Of a DNA stretch of 64,000 nucleotides, positions 56,339 to 64,000 are shown piece after piece. Source of the stretch: a virus; the IMG/VR virus record IMGVR_UViG_3300009285_004753, positions 28,280 to 92,279 of that record; one strand, 5' to 3'. The notes beneath the pieces are model-generated. The model ran no database searches. It was not told where the DNA came from and was given only the letters and a program-made list of their open reading frames with translations. A program made the translations under genes and the position numbers. The first letter of the stretch is position 1. Every line of letters starts with the position of its first letter.

Positions 56339-57054
56339 ACCGTACCTCGATCCGCGGGCTTCCAGTCTACCCGCTGCGCTATCTCGAAGAAATTGGACCC
56401 ATCGCGCTTGAACTGCGGCGCCTTTGACCAGTCAACCAACCACACTTCAGTTGGGCGCACCGTACCCTCGTTAGCAACGTGCATACCGAGGTCCAACAGT
56501 TCACGCTTCTGTGTCTGCGACATCTTGCGAAGCATCTGTTTACCCGCCACTGCAAAATACGAGTACTCCCCGTCCTCTGCTTTCTCCCATGCGCGCGGTG
56601 AAACCACCTTCCGGCCCCAGTTGTAGACCCAGTCAGGTACTTGGGTCTGATCCATCTTATACCCGAACTGCGCTTTCATTTCAGGCGTAACCGTCCGGGT
56701 GTGGATCAGTTCGCCGACTTGGTCTTCGTCAGGCTGGATGTCAGTGAGTTCGGTACCGGGCACCACGAACACGTAACCTCGCCCGGTGTAAGCAGTGTTC
56801 GGCACACCGGCATAGTTACCGCCTAACGCGTATATCAGAGCGTACCCGATATCGGGCGTCAAGTACGTCCGACCGACAACAGGGTCCAGTCGGCCGCGCC
56901 CCTGTACCGCTGCTCCGGGACGAATCTCTCCCGCCTGCATGATGGCAGCGCCCCGCTCCTTCGTCGTACCGTGGTAATAGGAACGAGAGAGTTCAGACGT
57001 CGTCGCAGCAGCAAACTCTACCAACGACCGGAAGCGGGTAAGCGCCGTATCCAT
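56335..57054 (-). CDS. ADP-ribosyltransferase-fold protein (H-Y type) with targeting leader
   Basis: MDTALTRFRSLVE leader; YYHGT..AAIMQAGEIRP..TYLTPDIGYALIYA..GYVFVV; true start ATG 57054 (TGATG overlap). Confidence 0.75.
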   Translation of the reverse strand: MDTALTRFRSLVEFAAATTSELSRSYYHGTTKERGAAIMQAGEIRPGAAVQGRGRLDPVVGRTYLTPDIGYALIYALGGNYAGVPNTAYTGRGYVFVVPGTELTDIQPDEDQVGELIHTRTVTPEMKAQFGYKMDQTQVPDWVYNWGRKVVSPRAWEKAEDGEYSYFAVAGKQMLRKMSQTQKRELLDLGMHVANEGTVRPTEVWLVDWSKAPQFKRDGSNFFEIAQRVDWKPADRGTV

Positions 57055-58532
57055 CAGTACAACCGCCCCAAGCCCCGGTACTTTACGCCGCCGGGCTGCC
57101 GGTTCCCGACCTGTTTCCGGTACTGCGCGTAGTTGGCTTCGACCCAAGACATGACCTTCTTCAGATCCCCCCGGACAAACTCCTTGTTCGTCCCCGGCTG
57201 TGCGACGTAGAACTCCAGCCCGTCGTTAGACTGAAGGTACACAAGATCGCGGGCTGTCTCGCCCCACACGATCACTTGGTTTTCTTCATCCCCCCAGTGA
57301 TGAACTTGTGCTCCGGAAGCGCGGAACATGATCGCTTCCTTCCCATACTGCGCTTTGCCGCTACGAACCCGCCCGAATCGAAGCGCATCGCCCGGCGTAA
57401 ACGCGAAATTGTATCCCCCGTGCTTTAGTTCCCGGTCCGAAAAGTACGTCGTCAGTCCGAGCCGAGCAAGGTCGCCCATTCCACGCGTAAATCCCTCACC
57501 GGCGATATTGCCTGCCGCGTCTGAGAAATGAACGAGCCACTGATTCTTGACGATCTGCTCGAAAGACATGTGCGCCCAGGTAGGGACATTTGCAGGGTCA
57601 GAGCCGGACAAGAGGCGAGAAGCGAAATCCTCCAGGTTCACGCCTGGCCAGTCATCGGGAGTGAACGGGAGCATCCTTTCAGCGTACTGCTCCATCTCAC
57701 TGCCGTCACCGATCCCCTTCTCCGCCAGGGCGTCCGGGTTCACTCCCTCAATGTAGTCGAACGCTTCATATGGGAACCGCTCCATCAGTTCTGTCATCTT
57801 CTCTTTGTCCGACATCGTGAGGTACTTGCGGAGATACACGATATCGTTCGCCACAAACTCGTCGAGTGTCTGTCCGGCCAAACGGCGGAACTCGGTTTGT
57901 TCGTCAGCCTCAATCTTCTGGTGGTCGAAGTAGTCGTCACCTGTTCCCGGCTTATGCTCCTTTGACCAGACGTCCCAGTGCTTGTCGCAGAACCGAACGA
58001 ATGCAGCGCCCTCGGCCCACTTCGCCTTGTGTGTTGCCGGTGCCGTGCACCCGCGCTTCATACACTTCCCGCCCGCGGTGTCAAATTCCTGTTTTGGTTT
58101 CGGCGCTTCACTCACGGTGGGCGTCCCGTAGGCCCGCGTCCGTTCTCGCGGTTCCTCGATGTGTCGCAGTACCAGAGCGACCACGGCATCCGCGAGCTTG
58201 CCTGTCGCCAGCGAGTGTACTGTCACGGTGTCTACTGTCGATGTCTTCCGCCCCGATGTTACGAAATCCAGTTCCGCCGAGTCCTGATACGGGTACAGCA
58301 TCACAACGGTTCCGTGCTTGTCCGTTTCGGCCGGGCGCACAATGCGGATCTCTGCAACAGCAGGTACGCCCGCCTGGTAGATCTGTAACCGCGGTCGGAT
58401 CTCGAAACGCAACCACACCGGAGCACGAGCATTGAGCTGCTGTTGCAGGTCATCGAAATACGCCCGTTCCTCGTTCCCCAACTGGACAGCCTCGGCGAGA
58501 CCCGTGAACCGAGTAACGGCTTCGTCTGTCAT
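57054..58532 (-). CDS. Multi-domain putative internal protein with C-terminal ART-like domain
   Basis: Leader TRFTGLAE; CxxxxC..FCxxH zinc finger; second leader-like TEFRRLAG..LDE; WLVHFS..GYNFAF..YGKEAIMF..GDEENQVIVW. Confidence 0.6.
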   Translation of the reverse strand: MTDEAVTRFTGLAEAVQLGNEERAYFDDLQQQLNARAPVWLRFEIRPRLQIYQAGVPAVAEIRIVRPAETDKHGTVVMLYPYQDSAELDFVTSGRKTSTVDTVTVHSLATGKLADAVVALVLRHIEEPRERTRAYGTPTVSEAPKPKQEFDTAGGKCMKRGCTAPATHKAKWAEGAAFVRFCDKHWDVWSKEHKPGTGDDYFDHQKIEADEQTEFRRLAGQTLDEFVANDIVYLRKYLTMSDKEKMTELMERFPYEAFDYIEGVNPDALAEKGIGDGSEMEQYAERMLPFTPDDWPGVNLEDFASRLLSGSDPANVPTWAHMSFEQIVKNQWLVHFSDAAGNIAGEGFTRGMGDLARLGLTTYFSDRELKHGGYNFAFTPGDALRFGRVRSGKAQYGKEAIMFRASGAQVHHWGDEENQVIVWGETARDLVYLQSNDGLEFYVAQPGTNKEFVRGDLKKVMSWVEANYAQYRKQVGNRQPGGVKYRGLGRLY

Positions 58533-58936
58533 GCAACTACCTTGATCCTTGCCGCCGGAATGGTATCACGGACAACAGGATGCACGTACTCACCACCCAC
58601 ACCAACCGTCGTGAGTCCGGCGACGTCCAGTTCCAGTACATCGCCGTTCGGTGCGTAATCACGTTTGTACTCCAGCGCCGCTGACAGCGTGGCGTGACAG
58701 TGAATCTCCCTGCCATCGGTACCCAGCAGAATGTTCCACGCCCGGTCAGAGTAGTATTCAGCATACCGCTCTTCCCACGCCGCTTTCGCGTCTTCGCTGG
58801 TAATCTCTCCGGATTGCACCCGGTCCAGCAGCGGACGCAGATCCTTACCGTCCCACGGCCCCGCCGTCACGTGATACACTGTTGTTGCCTCCTCCATCTC
58901 TACAAGTCGCATGAATATGCGGGTAGCAGAGTCCAT
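58529..58936 (-). CDS. Small ART-fold (Tpt1/KptA-like) protein with targeting leader
   Basis: MDSATRIFMRLVE leader; VYHVT..IHCHATLSAALEY..VLELDV..EY..VV..IPAARI; start ATG 58936 with GAGGT RBS. Confidence 0.68.
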   Translation of the reverse strand: MDSATRIFMRLVEMEEATTVYHVTAGPWDGKDLRPLLDRVQSGEITSEDAKAAWEERYAEYYSDRAWNILLGTDGREIHCHATLSAALEYKRDYAPNGDVLELDVAGLTTVGVGGEYVHPVVRDTIPAARIKVVA

Positions 58937-58940
58937 GCAC

Positions 58941-61900
58941 CTACCTCGGTTTAGCGGGAGCGCCGATCGAAAAGTAGTAGGGAGATTCCTGATCCCAGTA
59001 CTGACTCTCGACTTCGTATTCCTTCCCACCGATCACGATTACTGCCCGAAGCGAGCCGCCCCGCTGTTCAAGCCCGAGGCGTGACGCTTCTGCCGACGGG
59101 ATGAAGTACGTCAGACCGTCATGGTGCGTCGCGTTGGTCTGCCCTTTGTCGGTAATGAACAGTGCAGCTTTCGGCGGAGTTGCCGGCAGACCGCCCGCCG
59201 CCTTCCGGATCGCTTCCGTCAACGCGTCTTTCGGCGACATACCGGACGCCATGAGTCTGCGGACTGTGCTGTCTACGCCAGCCTGCTCGGTAATGGGAGC
59301 GGGCTGCTCCACCAGACGGACAGTACACTTCGTCGGAGACCTGCGCGTCCATTCACGCACAGCCGCCTGCTCCGTGAACGCTCTTGTGTACAGTGTTGTT
59401 TCGGTGCCTTCAGAGATCGAGTAACCCGTCGTCTGGTACTGCTTCGACTCAGCAGCCGGCAGCGGTTCCGACGGCTGTTCCGCTGTTGTTGCGGGTACCT
59501 GTACAGGGTCAGCAGCAGCATCCCGTTCGCCGACAACAAGCCAGTCCCCCCGCGCCGAAGTGAAATGGAAATACGCCCTGTAACCGTCAGTGCCCGCCTG
59601 CACACCTGTGACAGCCCCCTGTGCCAGTACGTCCCGCAAGTTGGTGGTATTAATGTGCTGGCTTATCCCAGTACAGTCGCCGACTTCAGCGAGGAAGTTA
59701 CCCTTGTATGCGGTGGAGTGGATGGACAATCCACCGTTCGACCAAACGGTGACAGTATCGCCGCCATACCGCGCCCACACGGGAATCTGAGCGTTCGCTT
59801 CGGCAGGCCACAGCTTCCAGGTCTCCCACGCCGGCATTGACACGCCGACCTTTGTCGCTGCCGCAAGAACGTCCGTCGGGTGCCATATCTTGTGCCCGTC
59901 GGTATACCCGCCGTCCATCTCCTGCGCCTTGTCTACCAGCGTGTCTTCGCGGTTTCCGCCGGTTTCAGCCTTCATCATGGCGTACACACCAGGCCCCGCT
60001 GCTTTTGCCGCCCTCAGCAGACTGTCCCACTTACGGACGGTATCAACTTCACCTATTCTAGCAGCCGGCAGCAATTCCTGCACGGTACCGTGTGTCGCAT
60101 ATTCCTGCAACCACGCCCGCAACTGCGTCTCGTCGGCGGCATCGAGCTTGTCCCGTTCAAGCGACGAGTATTCGTGTGTAGTCGGATTGAAGACGGTCAG
60201 CCCGAGTTTCAGTGTCGCCTTCAGCCCGTTGCGCATGAACATGACGGGATCTGTGGTAAGCGGGAGCTTACCGGCGAGGAAGTCCTTCGCTGTCTTGCGG
60301 GAAAGCCGCGTTTCGTTGATGCTCCGAAGTTTGAGCGGGCACTTGTGCTGCCGTCCAGCAGGTGGGATTGCCGTCAGTTGCACGGGCACGCCCTCGACCA
60401 ACTGCTTGAATCTTGTCTTCACGTCCGTCGCATCCATGGCACTCTCCTGTCGAATGTTATCCCGCAGCCCTTCTTCCAGCCCGACCCACCGCTGCCTCAT
60501 CGCGACCGCTGCCGTGTCTACCTGATCACGGACGTCCCGCTCGAATGCCTCGGCGTCTTTCTCCGACTTGAAGTGAAACACCGTCTCGGGCCTGTCGATG
60601 TTGTACTGCCCACGGACGATCTTGTAGGCCCGCTGCGCCTGCCCGCCGTGTGCTACCGCAACTTTGTCGATGATCCCGCTGTACTGATCGTCAGCGTTTA
60701 CACTGACGTTCCAGTGTTCGTCAGATTGACGGACGCCCTCAGACGCCGCGGGCTGCTGCAGGCTATCAGTAGCGCGACGGCCATACTTCGGCGGCTGCAC
60801 GTCAAGGCGGTCACGAATCGCCCGTCGAATCGCCGTTCCGCCCGTCCCGCCGATCGTGACGTACAGGTGCAACTCAGGTATCAAGCCGGTCTGGTTCCGC
60901 CAGTCCTTCGGCGACAGCCATGCACGCACACCGCTGACACGACCCTCCGGCGTAGACAGACCCCGCAACTTGTACCACAGGTCAAGCTCTGTCTGCTCCA
61001 CACGAAGAGGGAGGCCCCGCACGGCATCGTCGTCCTGATCATCGCTTCGACGGAGAGAAGCCACCGAAGACCGCACGAACACCCCGAGACCGGCGGACAC
61101 CAGGTCACGCGATATCAGAGAGTCCAGCACGGTAAACCCCCGTTCCTGCAGCTTCTCGGAAACAACAGGAGCGAACGTGCTGATCCAGTGCTTCAGCCGG
61201 GGATCAGCATCGGTAACCCCGCGACCGAGATGGCTGTTCAGCACGTCGCCGACAACAGCCTCATTCAGCCGCAAACGACGGACAACCCGCTGAGCGAACG
61301 TAGCTTCCCGGAGCACTACACCCCGGCTCTGAATGTAACTGCGAGCGGCGTCGGCAAGCGCTGCGTTCATCTTGCCCGCCCCGACATTAGCCCATTCTTC
61401 CAATTCACTTTTCAGGAACCGCTCTAACGGCTTCAGGTCTTTCGTGTCGGCGAAGAATCTATCCCACCGCCCGTCCCAGATACCAGCACCCTCCCCGTTC
61501 AGTGTCAGCAGCACGTCCACCGGCGCGTCTTCGCGCATCATAACGTCTACGTCGAAGCCGTCTGCGAACTTGTGCCCCTGCTGCACCCAGGCGTTCAATG
61601 CCGTCTTGACCGCCAGCTTGAACTGCTTCCACACAGCGATCGCGTCTGGTGTTGCGACCGGCGGATTGTTGCGTGTAACCGCCGCGGTACCACGTTCCGG
61701 GTACGGGTATTCCTGTAACTCGCTTTCAACATCACTGACCATAAACCACGACACGGCATCTTCGTCTGTGACTTCCTCGTTGATGGAGCGCCCACGGGCC
61801 AACGTCGCACTCTCGTAGTACCCACCGGTATCCAGGTTCACCCACGATACGTTGCCGCGCTCATTGACGAACGCTACGTCGGGATAGAAGTTCTCCTTCT

Positions 61901-63644
61901 TCATCCACGCCTTAATCCCGGCAATTGTTTCGTCCCACTCGTCCCACTGCCCGAACGATTTACCAGCGTAACCAGCGATGTACGCCGACTTGCCGCGACC
62001 GATGTCGCTGATGATGATGTCAGTTTCCTGGTCGGGTTCACGGTTCTCGTTGCTGCCGAAACCTGCGGTAGGGTCAGCACCGGTATCCGTTGCCCCATCA
62101 ACCGGGTCCATCGGTGGAGGAGCGGCTTCGCTGGTAGCTGCCGAAGCTGGCCGCAGGTTCACCTCGTTATGGTACTTGCTCTCGGTTTTCCCGCCCGGCC
62201 ATTTCTCCCGCACCTTGTATTTCCAGCCGCCGTACTTCTCCCCCTCATAGCCGCCGATCGAGACAATCGATCCGGACATGACACTGTGTGACGACGTACC
62301 GAATGTCCCGATGTCCCACTCTACAGCGTCCCCATACTTGAACTTGGGTTCCGGGTCGTTGGTACCCTGGTATCCCTCGCCCAACGCTGCACCATTCTTG
62401 CTCCCTGCCCACTTACCCGTACCGACGCCACTCCGCATTGTAGCGACAACGTACAGGCCCGGAACACGACGAAGATCCCGGACTACAGCATCGGCCTTAT
62501 CGTCAGCCACAGCGATAATCGTCGGTTCACCGTCAAGTGAAGACAATCCCCATTTCTCCGGCTGCGTGACAAACTGGAATTCGGTGCCCGGCGCGAGCGA
62601 AGCAACGGCCTGCGACGCACCACGATACGCCCTCTCCACCCTGCTATAATCGGCGTGTCGCGCCAGATAAGCGATTACCGTCATTCCGGGATACGCGATC
62701 TCTGCGTTCTCGTTCTTGATCTCCCCCGACCGGATCTGCGCCAGGGTGTCCTGCACATACTCCTCGTCAGCTTCGCGGACGTCCACATACGGTTGACCGT
62801 TGAAGACGTAAAGGTCAGCGTACAGACTGCCGGTCCACCTGCTCGGGTCGGTATGCACATCGTGGTCGAACAAGTACTCGGTTCCCTTGTAGCGGTAGAA
62901 ATACGTATCACCGTCAAGATGCAGTGCCGCCTTGTCGAACGGAACCAGCGCGACAAACTGCTGCTCCGGACTAACGGTGGGGGCCTCCATCAGACGGCGA
63001 AGAACGTGCTTCGGATCGACAGACTCGTTCGCCCGCCCGAACGGTAACTCTCCTTGTCCGGGAGCTTCACCCGCGGCGTTGCTGACGCGCGCCTGATCGA
63101 GTACGGCCTGCACGGCGGAACGCAGAGAGTTGAACTCCTGTTGCAACAATACCTCTTGCTGTTCACCGGGCTTCCACACCCACTCGATCTTGACCTGGCG
63201 TTGTTTGTCTTTCGGCTGAAGCGTCACAGGATCTGCGGCAGTAATCGGCCCACCGAATCCGATCGTGAACGTCAACACCGCCGGACCGCGGGTAAACTGA
63301 ATCCAGCCCGTGCCCTTATCGGCGCTCACACTATTCTGGTGAAAGCCCGCAGCGCGCAAGTCTGCCCCGATCTGGATAGCGACGCTATTGAGTGTGCGTA
63401 ACGCCAGTGCCTGCTCTTCGTCATCCCACCTGTGACTCGGGACCATCTGCCGCAGCCGTTCCAGTTCGATGTACTTCTCCGTACCCGTCGTTACTTCATT
63501 GACCACTCCAGTTTCCGCAGTACGCGCCGCCAGACAACGGATAGCATCGATCTCCCGGTCCGACCGGGTACTGCCGTCTCCGCCTTCAGTATCGGACCCA
63601 TGAAGCAACTGCATCAACTTGGTCTTGATGTCGAACATGAACAT
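58941..63644 (-). CDS. 1567-aa polyvalent-type polyprotein of concatenated small domains
   Basis: About a dozen or more NE/xE linker sites, an internal RBS plus ATG at 60437 with a repeated leader; RBS spacing favours a start at 63638. Confidence 0.7.
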   Translation of the reverse strand: MFMFDIKTKLMQLLHGSDTEGGDGSTRSDREIDAIRCLAARTAETGVVNEVTTGTEKYIELERLRQMVPSHRWDDEEQALALRTLNSVAIQIGADLRAAGFHQNSVSADKGTGWIQFTRGPAVLTFTIGFGGPITAADPVTLQPKDKQRQVKIEWVWKPGEQQEVLLQQEFNSLRSAVQAVLDQARVSNAAGEAPGQGELPFGRANESVDPKHVLRRLMEAPTVSPEQQFVALVPFDKAALHLDGDTYFYRYKGTEYLFDHDVHTDPSRWTGSLYADLYVFNGQPYVDVREADEEYVQDTLAQIRSGEIKNENAEIAYPGMTVIAYLARHADYSRVERAYRGASQAVASLAPGTEFQFVTQPEKWGLSSLDGEPTIIAVADDKADAVVRDLRRVPGLYVVATMRSGVGTGKWAGSKNGAALGEGYQGTNDPEPKFKYGDAVEWDIGTFGTSSHSVMSGSIVSIGGYEGEKYGGWKYKVREKWPGGKTESKYHNEVNLRPASAATSEAAPPPMDPVDGATDTGADPTAGFGSNENREPDQETDIIISDIGRGKSAYIAGYAGKSFGQWDEWDETIAGIKAWMKKENFYPDVAFVNERGNVSWVNLDTGGYYESATLARGRSINEEVTDEDAVSWFMVSDVESELQEYPYPERGTAAVTRNNPPVATPDAIAVWKQFKLAVKTALNAWVQQGHKFADGFDVDVMMREDAPVDVLLTLNGEGAGIWDGRWDRFFADTKDLKPLERFLKSELEEWANVGAGKMNAALADAARSYIQSRGVVLREATFAQRVVRRLRLNEAVVGDVLNSHLGRGVTDADPRLKHWISTFAPVVSEKLQERGFTVLDSLISRDLVSAGLGVFVRSSVASLRRSDDQDDDAVRGLPLRVEQTELDLWYKLRGLSTPEGRVSGVRAWLSPKDWRNQTGLIPELHLYVTIGGTGGTAIRRAIRDRLDVQPPKYGRRATDSLQQPAASEGVRQSDEHWNVSVNADDQYSGIIDKVAVAHGGQAQRAYKIVRGQYNIDRPETVFHFKSEKDAEAFERDVRDQVDTAAVAMRQRWVGLEEGLRDNIRQESAMDATDVKTRFKQLVEGVPVQLTAIPPAGRQHKCPLKLRSINETRLSRKTAKDFLAGKLPLTTDPVMFMRNGLKATLKLGLTVFNPTTHEYSSLERDKLDAADETQLRAWLQEYATHGTVQELLPAARIGEVDTVRKWDSLLRAAKAAGPGVYAMMKAETGGNREDTLVDKAQEMDGGYTDGHKIWHPTDVLAAATKVGVSMPAWETWKLWPAEANAQIPVWARYGGDTVTVWSNGGLSIHSTAYKGNFLAEVGDCTGISQHINTTNLRDVLAQGAVTGVQAGTDGYRAYFHFTSARGDWLVVGERDAAADPVQVPATTAEQPSEPLPAAESKQYQTTGYSISEGTETTLYTRAFTEQAAVREWTRRSPTKCTVRLVEQPAPITEQAGVDSTVRRLMASGMSPKDALTEAIRKAAGGLPATPPKAALFITDKGQTNATHHDGLTYFIPSAEASRLGLEQRGGSLRAVIVIGGKEYEVESQYWDQESPYYFSIGAPAKPR

Positions 63645-63703
63645 ACTCCCGCGGCACTGGCCGCTGTGGTACGGGGTCTAATACTACAGTGCAGGGCGAA
63701 AGA

Positions 63704-64000
63704 CTACTTCGGCTCGCTCTGCCCCTTGCCTTTTTTCTCGTCCGCCGCATCTTCTGACTCGGGTTCCGGCTCACCGTACTGCAACTGCACCGCCCGAACC
63801 GCTGCCTGTCCCGGCGTTGTCACGCTATTCGTGTCTCCGCCGTAAGGAACGAAAACGTCGTCACATCTGTCATCTACGAAACAGCAGCAGAACCTGTTGT
63901 CGGCGTGCAGCGACACTTCGACGGTGTAATCCTCGCCGTCCCGTTCCACGCCGAACACGAACACTTCACGCGCCTTGATTCTCGACCACAGTACATCAGT
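63704..64000 (-). CDS. Hypothetical protein (partial, starts beyond right edge)
   Basis: The frame of 63704..63964 stays open to position 64000. Confidence 0.55.
   Translation of the reverse strand, partial: TDVLWSRIKAREVFVFGVERDGEDYTVEVSLHADNRFCCCFVDDRCDDVFVPYGGDTNSVTTPGQAAVRAVQLQYGEPEPESEDAADEKKGKGQSEPK

Noticed and set aside
59880-61427. Long plus-strand ORFs (also 17611-18762, 37771-38835, 33456-34304)
   Set aside because: Typical antisense open frames of GC-rich coding DNA opposite well-supported genes; no recognisable motifs.
1-64000. Stop-codon reassignment, tRNA/rRNA genes, prophage boundary
   Set aside because: Core genes are full length under code 11 and end in TGA, TAG or TAA; no tRNA/rRNA signatures, integrase or host genes were seen.

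Overview
This window is 64 kb of a large, roughly 60% GC, T4-superfamily-like contractile-tailed phage. No host housekeeping genes, tRNAs, rRNAs, CRISPR arrays or integrase were seen. Essentially all real genes lie on the minus strand, many translationally coupled (ATGA/TGATG overlaps). In transcription order (right to left): (1) a cluster of putative head-packaged internal proteins (63.6-51.4 kb); (2) prohead protease/scaffold, major capsid and neck genes; (3) tail terminator, sheath, tube, chaperone with a probable +1 frameshift, tape measure with lytic transglycosylase, and baseplate; (4) an AT-rich palindromic intergenic region; (5) a 2075-aa tail fibre, portal and MuF-like protein; (6) replication/early genes: UvsW-like helicase, DnaB-like helicase, primase, a triple-frame C5 methyltransferase/HNH locus, a sigma-like factor, and a UDG-PolA DNA polymerase running off the left edge. 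The most striking signal is a shared N-terminal motif, [TS]-[RT]-F-x-x-L-[VAT]-E, ending in a gp21-type L-x-E cleavage site. It occurs on five ADP-ribosyltransferase-fold proteins, on an unannotated 30-aa micro-ORF and inside a 1567-aa polyprotein, suggesting a capsid-targeted, protease-matured, ejected effector arsenal. All family calls are by-eye motif recognition; no database searches were run.
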